A DNA stretch of 64,000 nt from assembly GCF_009914755.1 (NCBI RefSeq), contig NC_060930.1; one strand, given 5' to 3'. Numbering within the stretch: the first letter of the stretch is position 1; each line of letters opens with the position of its first letter. The stretch is from the human T2T-CHM13v2.0 reference genome, Homo sapiens. Shown one piece after another: positions 49,049 through 63,479 of this stretch. The notes beneath the pieces were generated by a model, which saw only the letters and a list, made by a program, of their open reading frames with translations, was not told the origin of the DNA and ran no database searches. The position numbers were made by a program, and so were the translations under genes.

Positions 49049-49114
49049 TACAAGTTTAAGAGAGACACAAAAGAGGAAAACGTACAAGTTTAAGAGAGAC
49101 ACAAAAGGGGAAAA
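49049..49114 (+). repeat. 34-bp tandem duplication
   Basis: TACAAGTTTAAGAGAGACACAAAAG.GGAAAA twice (49049 and 49083). Confidence 0.9.
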
Positions 49115-49432
49115 GCCAAAAAACAGCAGCAGAAAGCAATAAGAATTAACGAGAGAGGTGACCTCCTGTCTACAATATGGGGGAGAAAACATTTTATGTC
49201 CAGCCAAGTTACCTGCCAGCTAAAACAAAACCAACAAAAAGTCTTCAGAAGAGTCACAATAATTTATTATATAAAATATCCACTTTTAAAAAAATTATTA
49301 GACATGCAAAAAAAACCCCAAAAGAATGACACCTAGTAAGTAAAAAGCAGAGTCAATATAAATGCCTTCCAATGTGGTACAGTTACTGAATTTAGACTAT
49401 AAATACTTCAACAAAGCTATTATAAAGATGTT

Positions 49433-49733
49433 GACCGGGTGTGGTGGCTTATGCTTGTAATCGCAGCACTTTGGGAGGCTGAGTCGGGCAGATCCCTCAG
49501 GTCAGGTGTTCGAGGCCAGCCTGGCCAATATGGTGAAACCTTGTCTCTCCTAAAAATACAAAAAATTAGCTGGGCGTGGTGGCACACCTGTAATCTCAGC
49601 TACTCAAGAGACTGAGACAGGAAATCGCTTGAACCCAGGAGTTGGAGATTGTAGTGAGCCGAGATCATGCCTCTGCACTCCAACCTGGACGACAGAGTGA
49701 GACTCCGTCTCAAAAAAAAGAAAAAAAAAAAAA
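49433..49733 (+). mobile_element. AluS (Sx-like)
   Basis: Full dimer with poly(A); TSD AAAGATGTT. Confidence 0.92.
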
Positions 49734-50249
49734 GATGTTCAAAGAATTACAGGAAAAAACTGATCTTAATAGGCAAATGGATAAAGAACTACAAAGAGAT
49801 TTAAATGAAGAGTACAAAACACACACATATAATTTGTCATGACTACATGATATTCCATGGTAAAAAAGGACTGACTTTTTGAAAATAACTGTTCTCTATA
49901 ATTCTTCCTTTCCTCTAAAGAACTCACTCTGACATATGCCTGGATATTGTAGAGGTAAACAAAACAAGGTTTTCCTCTAGTTAGGTATATCATTCAATGT
50001 AATATTTAGTGGAATCTGGACAGGATGAATCTCACAAATAGGCATCAAAACTATCATTCAAATATTAAATGGGTAAGGAGAGGTAAGCATCTATTGTAAT
50101 AAGAGGATTTCTCATTATAAGTAAAGGCACATACTATTTCTTGTTTATACTAGTGTAGCAGTCATCAAATAATGTTCCACCTTCTGTATTTAAAATAGAA
50201 TATAAAAGTATGTATCCATAATTCAAAAGGGGTTTATAACCCACTAAGA

Positions 50250-52110
50250 TACATTTTCAAACAGATACTGCAATAGAAAATACTATGGGCTACACTGAAA
50301 AAAACACTAGCACTGACTAAATAGCATATTAGAGATGGCAGAAAAAATAGTAAACTTAAAGGTAAAGCCATAGGAATTACAAAAGTCAAATGAAACAAAA
50401 CAACAGAAGAAAAAGGGGCAGAAAAAGTTTGGAGAAACACTAAAGGCCCTGAAAGTCTTGTGAAACAATGTCAAATGGTAAAACTTATGGCTGAAAACTT
50501 CCACGAATTGATACCTAGTGTTCAACAAGAAAATAACGATTTCAAAAATCACTCCTAGAGATAGCAAACTACCCAAAGCCAAAGATAAGGAAAAAATCTT
50601 GAGAGCAGCCAGAAAAAAACTACATGTTACATACAGGGGAACAAATGAATAACAGTTAACTTGTAACAGAAACTAATGTAGGTCAGAAAATATTAGAATG
50701 ACATATTCAAAGAGCCGAAAGGAAAAGATTATCAACATAGAATTCCACGTAGGGAAGAACATACTTAAAGAATAAAGATAAAGATATGTTCAGATGAAAG
50801 AAATGTAAGAGACTTCATCATTAGCACAGCTGTACTACAAAAAAAGTTACAAGGCTTCTTCAGGATGAAGGAAAAGACTGAAATGGCAACTAAAATCTGT
50901 GAGAAGGAATAATGAGCATGGGAAATGGTAGATATGTGGGTAAATACAAAATAGGCCATATGCTTCCTTTTTTATCTACATTCCTTAAAAGCATTTGACT
51001 TTAAAGGAAAAGTTATAATGTTGTCATATAAAAATAGTAACATACATAGATTTAACATGAATAACAATACCACTAAAGAGTAAATATCTGGTGTCCTTAT
51101 AAGACAGGAGGACATGTAAAGAAGGGGAGAAGGCTATAGAAAGATAGAGAAAAAGAACAGTCAACCTAATATTCTACATTCAGTACTTTAAAACTGTTGT
51201 GCCATTTCATTCTAGCCTGCCTGTTTTCTGATAAGAATTCCACTATCTTTCAAATCATCCTTCCCCTATGATAATAAACCTGTCAGGCTTTAAGATTTGT
51301 ATTATGTTATTATTGTTCAGCAGTTTGAACATGGATTTCTTTTAATTTGTTCTAAACGGAGTTGGCTCATCTTGAATCTGTAGATTTATGTATTTCATTA
51401 AACTTTTGAATGTTTTCAGCTGTTACATAATTATAGAAGAAATCCATTAACAATAGCAACAAAGAAGATGAAATAGTTAAAAAAACAAATTAACAAGAAA
51501 TGTGTGAAGCTAAAAGAAGAAAAATATTAAAACACAACTGAAAAACACAAAAGTAGTCTCAAACAAATGTAGATATCCCCATTCATAGAATGATTCAAGA
51601 TTTTAAAGATGCAGCTCTCCTTAACTTATAAAATCATGTAATCTCAATAAACATACCAATGAAAATTTTTATTAGCTAGAGAAGTTGCTACTAATATTCA
51701 TGAGGAACAATAAATATACATGAATAGCTGGGAACATACTGAAAAAACAAGAAAAACTACAAGGAAGTTTAGCCCTAATAATCATTAAAATATACTATAA
51801 AACCTGTAATAAATGCCATACTAGGATATACATATACTAAACCCTTAGTATAGCATATACAACGAGAAACAGATACCTATATATATAAATTAAGTATATT
51901 ATAAAGAAGGCATTTCAAATCACTAAGGAAAAGATAAATTTTAAAATACATGATGATGGTAAAACTGAGTTCCCATTTGAAAAATGATAAAATTAGATCC
52001 ATATCTCACAAAATAACAGGAATAAACAACAACTATATGAATGAGCTAAATGTAAAAATAAAATCTTACAAGGATTAGAAGGCTACATGAGTGAATTCCT
52101 CTTTAAACAT
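50250..52110 (+). mobile_element. Old L1M fragments (ORF1 region and ORF2; short antisense piece ~51175-51420)
   Basis: AAAATCTTGAGAGCAGCCAGAAAAAA, GAATGACATATTCAAAG, AAATTAGATCCATATCTCACA. Confidence 0.65.
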
Positions 52111-52114
52111 GGTA

Positions 52115-52430
52115 CAGGCATACCTCAGTGATACCGTAAGTTCAGTTACAGACCACTGCAATAAAGTGAGTCAGACAAATTTTTTTTAAATTTTTTAACT
52201 TTTAATTTTTGTGGGTACAGAGTAGGTGTACAGTCAAATTATGAGGTTACTCAGTGCATATAAAAGCTATGTTTACACTATACTATAGTCTATTGATTGT
52301 CAAATGGCATGTCTAAAAAATAATGTACATACCTTAATTTAAAAATACTTTATTGTTACAAAATGCTAACAACCATCTCAGCCTTCAGTGAGTCATAATC
52401 TTTCTGCTGTGATGATGATGGCTGCTGACT
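52115..52430 (-). mobile_element. Tigger1 terminal fragment containing a ~50-bp L1 3'-end insertion
   Basis: TIR CAGGCATACCTC; CAGACCACTGCAATAAAG; AATGTACATACCTTAATTTAAAAATACTTTATTG. Confidence 0.8.
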
Positions 52431-52922
52431 GCCCAGGGGAACAAGGGTTTGTTTTAGATTATGCAAATTTTCGATATCATGATTGTGTTATAAGTTAATA
52501 TTATAATATTCCATTGTTGAGGCTCAGCAAATTATGCATTAAACTAGTAAATTTTGTTATATATAAAGTATACTTCAATAATGCTAACAAAAAAGAATTC
52601 CAGCTGTAAATAAAATGTTTTTAAAGTGTTGGGTTACCATCCTAATAAAAGAATGCAGAGAAGAGAAACCAAATCAAATTATATATGCTCTTACCAGATT
52701 AATTAACTGAGTGTGTACCACATCTTCTACCAAAACTGCTGTTTCATGAAGAGGCCTTCTAGCATCACCTAAAGAATACCTGCAAAATAATTTTAAACAC
52801 ACCAATATTAAGGACTATAAAACTAAGAAAGGCAAAAAGTGAAACATTTATTACATGAATCAGTTTAGTAAGGAGAACATAAATTGTTTGCCCAAATGTC
52901 TGAATGGGTGTGCAATTTTCTT

Positions 52923-53232
52923 GGCCAGGTGTGGTGGCTCACGCCTTTAATCTCAGCACTTTGGGAGGCCGGAGCGGGAGGATCACTTGAGCCCAAGAGT
53001 TCGTGACCAGCCTGCATAACATGGTGAAACTCCGCCTCTACAATAAATACAAAAATTAGCCGGAAGCAGTGGCATGTGCCTATAGTCCCAGCTACTTGGG
53101 AGGCTGAGGTGGGGGGATGGCTTGAGCCCAGGAGGCAGAAGTTGCAGTGAGCCAAGATCATGCCACCATACTCCATCATGGGCAATGGAGTCAGACCCTG
53201 TTTTAAAAAAAGACAAAAGAAAATAAAAGAAA
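52923..53232 (+). mobile_element. AluJ
   Basis: GGAGGATCACTTGAGCCC and GGATGGCTTGAGCCCAGG J-type positions; decayed A tail. Confidence 0.9.
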
Positions 53233-53304
53233 GTCTTTCCCACACAAGTTGCAACTTCAAAAGAAAAGTGCAGTGTTATCTATGCTATTTCTGGATTCGT
53301 ACAG

Positions 53305-53729
<425 letters not shown>

Positions 53730-54784
53730 TAGAAAGGTATAAAAGTGTATGATGTAATCAGCTTTGAAAGTTGGTAAGAAAAATTTATGTAAATACCATT
53801 GAATATGACTTGGAATTATATAGAAGCAGATTTTCAAGAATGGATTAAAAAGGCTGGCCTTAGAATTCCTCTTCTTAAAACTTAAAAGTAGACTGGATGT
53901 GCAAAGAATACCTTCTTGGTAAAGAACACTTGAAAATGCACAATAATATATTTAAAGTATGCTTTAACCAGCAGTAGGGAAGACAAAACCAAAGTCAGAC
54001 AAGATGAAAAAAAGAGTTCTATAATAGAGTACTGAACCTTCAAAATTTATTCTGAAGGCATCTACCTAATCACAGTAACCTACAGTCTATACCGAACTAG
54101 TAGAGAATTCAAGGTATAGAAAAGAATGTGGGGACAAGAAAGGTAGGAAATCAGTTTGAGAATCCAATATAACATTGAGAAACCTAACATAAAATGATGG
54201 TGACACCCTCAATGTGTGAACTAGGAAAATACCCATTCCAGAGAATGCACTTTGCCTACCTCACCCGAAGCTTTGAGTAGGAGAGGAAAAAAATCTTCCC
54301 TAAGAATTGTTAACTATAAATTCACTTCCATGGTGCTAGAGTATCTGCTACCCATATAGCCTTAAAAAAAGGCCAAGCATTAATTTAAAGTGATTTATAT
54401 TGATAGTGCCCACAGGTACCTTGTAGAAACAAATGCAATTCATTTGTTGAAGAACATATTTCGAACAAATAACTGAAAGAATTCCCATGGATGACATATC
54501 AAGGACCATAAATTCAAAATCAAAATTCACTACATGTACCAGGAATCAAGTCATCAAGAATGAGAGTGAGCAGGACCAACAAACTGCAGAATCAGACCTA
54601 CAGCCTATACATACCTGAATAAATAAGTATCTATTAACTATAGTAATTTATGTTTTTTTAAAAGAGAAATGAGAAGTATATGTAGGACAACAAAAATCTT
54701 ACCAAATGCTTAGTCATTTTTGAAAAAGTACTAAAAACAGAAATAGAAATGAAAAATATAATAGCATTTAAAAAGTTAATGGAG

Positions 54785-56000
54785 AAAAGTTATCAATCTG
54801 ATAAAGACCATATATGAAAAACTCACAGCTACTATCCAACTTAATGGTGAAACACTAAAAACTTTTCCCCTAAGATAAGCATTAACACAATGTCCAATTT
54901 TGTCACTTCTATTCAACACAATACTGTAAATTCCAGGCAAAGCAATTAGGTAAGAAAAAGAAATAGGCCAGGCACAGTGGCTCATACCCGTAATCCTAGC
55001 ACTACTTTGGGAGGCCAAGGCTGGCGGATTGCATGAGCTCAGGAGTTTGAGACCAGCCTGGGCAACACAGTGAAACCCTGTTTCTACTAAAATACAAAAG
55101 AAATTAGCCAGGCATGGCGGCATGCACCTGTAGTCAAGGACTATAATTGTCATGATTAGTTCCTCCTTGTTTTGATATGTGTGTGTATGTGTGCATGCAT
55201 GTGCATGTATCTTATATGTATGTGTGTATCTCCTTTATAAAATCCTATTGCTTGTATTTTTTCTAGAGAACTTTGACTAACATAGCCAGGAAAGGAATAG
55301 CTCAATATTGAATAAATATATTAATATAACTACATTAATTTAGAAAATGAAAAAAGAAAACCTACATAATCATTTCAACAGATGTAAGAAAACCACTCAT
55401 CAAAATCCAGCAACCACTCATGACATAAACCTTTAGTAAGCTAGCACCACAAGGAACTTTCTCTAATTTGATAAAGTGAATCTGCTAAGACCCTACAGGA
55501 AACCACATACACAGAAGCATTTAAACCCTTTGAGAACCAGATCAATATAAGGATAACTATTATCACCACTTTCAGTCAATATAATATTTAAGATTATAGT
55601 CAGAACAATAAAACAAGAAAAAACTAAAACTATAAAAGTATTGGAAAAGAGAAAACTACACGGTCCTTATATGCAGATAATATGAGTATCTACATAGAAA
55701 ACCAAAAATCAAGAAACAAATTATTTGAATTAATAAGTTAGCAAGTTTCTGGCTATAAGATCAATCTACAAAAAATCATCATTAACATAAAGGTAGAAGA
55801 TGCAATTAAAAGTAAATATAAATTGGTTCTAAACATTATATGAGATGGTAAAGAGACAGGAATAGTCAAAACACTTTTGAAGTATAAGATGGGAGAGTAT
55901 TTTCTACAGGACTTAATATAAAGCTACAATCATTAAGATAGTATGTTATTTGGTGCAAACAACCAATAGAACAAAAAGAGAATAAAAAGTCCACAATAAA
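54785..56000 (+). mobile_element. Old L1M ORF2 fragments interrupted by a truncated Alu (54966-55135) and an MLT2-like LTR end (~55140-55284)
   Basis: CACTTCTATTCAACACAATACTG; Alu stops at CCTGTAGTC; CCTATTG.TT.T.TTT.TCTAGAGAAC..TGACTAA LTR terminus. Confidence 0.65.
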
Positions 56001-56824
56001 AAGCAAACTCCACAAAGGCAAAAATCTTTTGTTGTATTCACTGATATATGCATTATTTAATTCGTTGGAATACTTGAATAAGGTTTTCCTTCCATTATTC
56101 TAAGTTACTTCGAATGTCACTGTTAAAAAAAAAGTGCAAAGTTATCAACGCTAAATAATTGGCTTAACCATAAAACTACAAATTCAATTGACATCTATAG
56201 TAAAAAAATTAAAAATACTTCTTGTATCAATAAAAGACACAAATTGCCTAAGCTTTTATGAGAAAGTTAGATCTTTGTACTAAAAACAGTTTTCATGAGC
56301 ATACACATGTAAAGTAAGTACCTAAATTAGTTACAATGACTGGTATCAGGTGTATCATTTGATGAGTATATTATTTTAATTTTCAGGGTTATTGGTACTT
56401 CAGTTTTTCTCCAACAGCTTTTATAAATAACTTCTGTCATTTTTCCCCTCATACACAGAAAACTAGATATTGTTCTAGTCGTTTTTGGAAAACAGAAATG
56501 AAAACTGCTGTACCTGGCCACAGTCACTTCCTTTTTTGCTCTGCAATGTATGTACTACTTGTAAGCCACTTAAAGACAGACAAGTAATTGATACTTATAC
56601 AACTATTTTGATTTTTTTCCCCTTTGAAGACCTATCTCCCAGTGCTCTGATGTCTTGACTGACTTATCCTGGGTCTTGTCCTAATCAATAGATTCTGATA
56701 CCCTATTCATTTACATACTGTCTTGATGCCTGTGACAATACCAGTACTGCCTGACTACCGTCCACTAAAGGTCTTTCAGGAAACCTTCTGAAAAGGCTGC
56801 CCCTCTCCTGGTCTCCTGCAGCAG

Positions 56825-57015
56825 TCTCGTTGCTATAACACACAACCCTCCATTTTAGGAAGGACTGTGACTCTGACAGCCATGATTATAACTAAGGCCA
56901 GAGCAACTTAATAATGATTGGGGCGGAGCAACTTACACCCTATCTTCTCATGAAAACAGTATTGGCTTTATTCAATCCTGGGATGAAATGTCTCACTTCA
57001 ACCTAGGGCAACTGA
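56825..57015. promoter_or_regulatory. Candidate CpG-poor promoter/enhancer (RFX half-sites, CCAAT box, GC box)
   Basis: GTTGCTATAAC 56829; GAGCAACTTA twice flanking TGATTGGGGCG; CCTAGGGCAACTG 57002. Confidence 0.3.
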
Positions 57016-57790
57016 CTCTGCAATCCGCTTGACAGGTGCACAGTGAAAGTATGAAACAAACAAGGGCATTCATGAGATGAAGTTAAACTTTTTATTCTGT
57101 ATACTTATACTGGGATCCAGGAGGATGAATGCTGAACAAAACCATTGGATACTGTTTTAAAAAGACAGCAGAATTTATGACTAACACTTTTAACATTTTT
57201 GCGCTATGTATAGCCCAATACTATCTAAAATTAGGGGAGATCCTTCAAATAGACATCTATTAAAATATACAATAAACGTCTAGTCATTTTGCTCTCAAAA
57301 AACAACAGAACCCCTTTTCAGTGCTTTCTAACATCAGCTTTTTTTTAAAAAAAAAAAGGAGAAAGATTTCTTAAAAATGAAGGAGCTTTACTATCTTATG
57401 TTGAATCCACATGTGACATCTTTGGTTAGTAATCTATGCCAAGATGCTACCCAAATATAGCAATACTCTTTTAATCTCTCTATAAATTCTAAAGCATCAT
57501 TTCATTTGCTAAAATCTTTTGCTAACCTCTGGACCCTATGTAAATGCATGTATTTGATGATGTATCAATTGACCTATTCTCCTCACATCTACATATCCCC
57601 AGCTGTGAAAGGCAGTCAACTCCAAACTCTTTTAATGGCATAAACTGTAAGGGGAAAATAAATACTTTTTGAGAAAGTATATGTAATGTGTGTACATATG
57701 TGTGTGTGTATTTCTTTTCAAGTTATACAAATTAATATAATAACAAAACAGCATAAAATAAACACAAAAGAGAAATATCAAAGGAGGTAA

Positions 57791-58106
<316 letters not shown>

Positions 58107-59317
58107 AAAATGGTATTTTTAAAAATATATTTTATTTATTGGTGTTAGAAAATCTTTTTGCATTCACTAACATATATACATTATTGTTATCAGCATGACC
58201 AATCACCCTAGTTTGCCTGGGATTGAGGGGTTTTCCAAAGTGTTCCCTACCAAGTAAATCAGTCTAATTAGTACTAGAAGGTCATGGCATACATTCCCCC
58301 CTCCCTCCCCCCCGCAAAAAAAACAAGCAAGAAAACAGTTTCATTTGTTAAGGGAATGAATTAACAATAAATAAAACTTGTATTTTTCCTTTCAAACAAT
58401 TACCCTTATTATTTCAGTTCTAAAGTCTCAAAACAGAAACAAATAGCATATGGGAAATTTATTCCTTCATCTGAAGATAATGCTTTTCTATTCTCTGATG
58501 TTGAGGATGAAGTTCATGAGAGTCAGTGGATGAGTAGGTGCCCAGCTGACATCTCACTGTAGTCACGGCCCCCCCACCCCCACTCAGGGAAAGAAATAGC
58601 ACCAAACTAAATGACCAGCCAGAGATTTGAGCTCAGAAAAATGGATGAAGTTCACAGGGCTTGTATCCAACTAAAAAGATTACAATAATGCTGCTAGAAG
58701 TCATACTATATTCTGGCCGTCAGCTACAAAGTAGGAAAAGTCAGTAACCATGAAAATATCCTGGAAGTTAGAGGATCTGGTTCTAGTTCCCACTATGCTA
58801 TTAAGAAGTACTGCAATGAGCAGGTAACTTCTCCTGGCACCTCAGTTTCTCAGCAGTAAAAGGAGGGGACTAGATTAGATAATTTTAAAGAAACCTTTTC
58901 AGAAACTTTATTTTGAATCAAATATATCTGATTCAACTATAATTCGTAAATCTTAAAGACTGTCTTCAAGAATGGGGCAACACTGTTATGAGAAAATCAA
59001 ATTGCACAGAGTAAACTGTGGGAAAATCATGAAATTAAGAAAAAGAAAAACATGTTAAAAATGAGTAACAGAACGAAATAAATAAATAAAAATAATTAGA
59101 GGAAGGAAAAGAAAGCTATAGTTTATCCCTGGCCTTATATGTGGAAATAATTTCTAAGAAACATGTCATTGTTCCTTAAATTTAAAAAAAAAGGTGGGGG
59201 GTGTTGAACATATTATCACGGAATTTTACATTATTCTTTTTCAATTAAAAGAATTTAACAGGCCTAACTTTGAGTCTAAAATACTTGTTTTTAAATTTCC
59301 AAGCCCTGATTAAGAAT

Positions 59318-59447
59318 AGAGGGGAAGGACTGATTAAGTTTCTAACAGAGGGGAAGGACTGATTAAGTTTCTAACAGAGGAGAAGGGCTGATTTAGAGGG
59401 GAAGTGCTGATTAAGTTTCTAACAGAGGGGAAGGGCTGATTAAGTTT
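59318..59447 (+). repeat. 29-bp minisatellite, about 4.5 copies
   Basis: Unit AGAGGGGAAGGACTGATTAAGTTTCTAAC at 59318, 59347, 59376 (truncated), 59395 and 59424. Confidence 0.95.
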
Positions 59448-60326
59448 TAATTAAAGAGATTCTGAAAAAGAAGCAAAGGGGATAAGTTTGGTGATGATCT
59501 GTGGACAGCCTGCTGGGCCAGTCACCAAGCATACAAGGCCTACAAGCAGATCTACTCATAAAGCATCTAGAAACCAAACATAAAGAAAGGATAAAGAGAT
59601 GTTTCTTTACTGCCATGTGTACATCTTCTTGGATGCTGAGTTGCTTTCAATACTTCCCACTGGCTACAGACTCTAATGTGGTTAAATCATTCTGGATACT
59701 CTGGTTAAGTAATTGCTGTGGTCTTGGGAGCTAGTCACTTTTTTTTTTTTTTTAATTAGTTCTGGTTTTTTTGGATGTTTTCCTACCCCAGGTAATTGAC
59801 ATTACTTTAGAATGGACACTGTGTGACTATTGCTTGGTTTAAGAAGGCTCTGGGTAACTTGCTGTCCCCAAAAGAAAGGTTTTTTTTTTTTCCGTTCAAA
59901 GCATTTTTTGATTACACTTTTATAGACTAGGTATTACTATAATACCCAAGAATTTCTCCTAAATGGAATTAGAGTGAATACCAGGCTACAGCCCTACCAT
60001 ACACTTTAGTCAGCTAAACTAGTACTAGATGATGTATGTGAACACAGACATCATACTGTTGTTTATGTCATTCTTACCCAATATCTGTTGACACTGATTT
60101 GTCCACTATCCAAAGTGGGGAATAAAAGTGCAGAAGTTTGGCCGTGATCAGTCATTTAATGCAATTGGAAAGTTATAAACACTACAAATTAGCCTTGCTC
60201 TTCAAATTTTAACAGCTCTTTCACAAATCTATGATTTTACCCACCTGTTTTCAAAGGAAGAAATGAATTTTATTAACAATAGCTCTAAGAAACCCCAAGT
60301 GATAGGTAAATCAAAATATCAAATAA

Positions 60327-60622
<296 letters not shown>

Positions 60623-60959
60623 TCAAATAAACATCTAAGACAACAGATTTCCTAGCAGTGATGATTTTTCTCATTGCTTGCTTGATTTCTCAACAACCAT
60701 TTCCCCATTCCCCTTCTGATAGTAAACATTCATATAATTTAACTGAACTTTGAGAAAACTTTTAGAATTTTACAAAACACCATGAAATAAATATAAATAT
60801 GTGAAGATATATAAAAAGCAAAATTAAATTATTTATGATATAAAATAAATAATGCTGACGTAAAAAAATACAAATATACTAATATACATATATGTTTAAA
60901 ATAAAAGATAAAACAGTATAAAATTTTGAAAAGGTAAACACATAATACCTACAAGTATT

Positions 60960-61200
60960 AATCACTCAATCAACAAATATTGACTGATTGCCTGGTATGT
61001 GCCAGGCACTGTTCTGGTTCCTTGGAACATATCAGTGAACAAAACAGACAAAAAAATGAGTCAAGTTTACATTCCGATGAGGAAAGGACAATAAACAATA
61101 TAACTAATGAATTACTAAATAAATAATTTGTATGTTAGAAAGATGAGAGAAAAAAACTTAGAACAGAATCACGAAATGTATGCAATGGGCAGTGTGAAAT
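60960..61200 (-). mobile_element. L2 3' end
   Basis: TCAACAAATATTGACTGATTGCC...TATGTGCCAGGCACTGTTCT...AGTGAACAAAACAGACAAA. Confidence 0.8.
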
Positions 61201-62589
61201 ATTAAAACATGTATTTATTAAGATCTGATGTGTGAAAGAAATAGCTTTAAATAGAAAAAATATATAAATCAGAAAATTTTTTTAAAAATCAAGATTTACA
61301 TAAGAAAGCTCATCCATAAATATTTATAAGAAAGCTCATAAAATAAAACTCATCTACAGTGCATGAAAATGTGCATCTGAGAAAGTTTACAAAACTAGCA
61401 GAATATCTTTATGAATTTCTTCTAACAATTTACAGGGCATTTTTCCTCATATATCCTACATTTCTAAGAAGCAAATATTCCCATCTTCAAACTCTTAATA
61501 GATAGCAGCATAAAGCAAATTATTATAAACCGTCCCTATTTGAGGAACAGGAAAGATCTATATAGCAATCATTGAATGTTAGGTCAAAAAATAATCTAAA
61601 AGATTACGTAGTCCTTTCATTCAGTTTTAAACAGATGAAAAATGAAAGCCCAAGAGGTTAAATAGCCATCTCAAGGTCATAAGTCCAGTTAGAAGTAAAA
61701 CTAGGACTTTTACCTCATCCAGAACTCATTGTACAACAACACGCTAAATGAACATCTATTAAGCCTCCAAAACATTTAATGGACTTTACTATCTTAGATT
61801 GACTGAAATTTAGTCAAAAAACTAACTTCCTATAACATTGAAAACAGATACACTGTAATCACAATAACACCTCATAGTCATAGAGGACTTTTCTCACCTA
61901 TCATTTAAAGCAAACTGTAAAGCATGCAAACAGGAAAGTTTCTCCCATGTTACATAAACATGGAATCAGAGAGAGTCAAGAAAGTTAAGACATTTACCCG
62001 GGGAGTCAGCAACAGTAAGCGTCAAGATTACTTGGTATGAGATAGTCACAGAGATAAGAGAATTTTGTACCATCAGATCTTTAGAAAATTATCAATATAA
62101 AATGGATATAAATATGGCATACTGCAACAACATTTTTCAGATTGACAGTGTCCAGAAGAAAAAGTATTTTGTAGTTAAATGAGCTTGGAAAATGACATAT
62201 TTTATTCTTTTCTAGATTTGCAATACATGTTACCATACTAAACACTCTGAGAGGTTCTGAAGAAAAGAAACTCTTGATTTTAAACGTATTTACTGTGTAT
62301 ATAATCCTTTTCTAAGCCCATGGAGTTACATAGCATTGAAAAAAAATTAGGAAATACTGATTTAAACAAACAAACAAAACAACTTCCAAAATAACTTAAG
62401 GACTTTAGTGAGAGGATTCCAAATAAAATGCAACCTAAGATTTTAGAACTCCAAAGCCAAGTTCTTCAGTTTCTAACAATGACATGATGATGGTGGTGAT
62501 AATGGCAAACATTGTGAGCTTTTTAAAAATGCACTTACATTCAACGAATATTTATTGAATACTGGGTCTACATCATGTCAGGCACTGAA

Positions 62590-62950
62590 TATTATACTAG
62601 CTGAGAATTTTCAAAGTTCCCACAAACTTAAAGACATGACTGATTTTCTGTAGCCATGGCAATAAACAGCCACCAGAACCAGGAACAGACTCATTCCAGT
62701 AAACACACCCTTGAGTGCCAACCAATCAACAACATTCTCATCTCTCTTATTATAGATTATGTCAACTCCAGAACACGACCAATCCCTGAACTCAATGCTT
62801 CCTGAAAACCCAAAAGATCAGCAGCCTTCCTTGCTAACAAACTGTGCTTGACCGGCATGTATCTCTCCTTTATGATAAGAAGAAATAAATCAAGTTTTCT
62901 GTTTTTATTTCAGATACTGAATGACAGGCTCGTTATTTTTCACAGCATTT
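62590..62950 (+). mobile_element. Old LTR-like element (family uncertain)
   Basis: Two CCAAT boxes (ACCAATCA 62722, ACCAATCC 62779), AATAAA near 62885, LTR-like layout between L2/L1 fragments. Confidence 0.4.
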
Positions 62951-63479
62951 AAGGAAGTTTGCCCTCACAAACTAGTCAGCCTAGCCTCCCTTCCTCTCCT
63001 TCTTCTCACATTTTATTTTGAAAGATTCCTAACCAACAGAAAAGCTGAAATAACAGTGGAATGAACACCTGTAAATCCTTCACCTAGAATCACCAATTAT
63101 TAACATTTTAGCACAACTGCGCACGTTTCTCTCTCTCTCTTAAAAATTATACACACATACACTTGTATCTTTATCTGTATTAATTTTTCTTTAAACAGTA
63201 AGCATGTATTAAGTGCCAGGTATATTTATATATGTCATTTAAACCTCTTAAAGACCCTGCAACACACTATCACTATGCCTGTCCCTCTGCATCTTGGAGA
63301 GATATTTGTTCCAGTAAGTGAAATTCTGGGTTTTTAAAAATTAATTTCCATATGCTGGGATTAGCTTTGTCCCCTGGAACTGATGAAATGACAAATCCTT
63401 TTACATGACAGGTCTTCAAAAGTATGAAGAAAGCTTACTTTAAAGGTCTGGTTTTGTTTTGTTTTTGCTAAACAGCATC

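Noticed and set aside
58418-58561. + strand acceptor followed by a ~47-codon open frame (SKVSKQKQIAYGKF...)
   Set aside because: Isolated, no partner exons or homology, and opposite to the inferred host strand.
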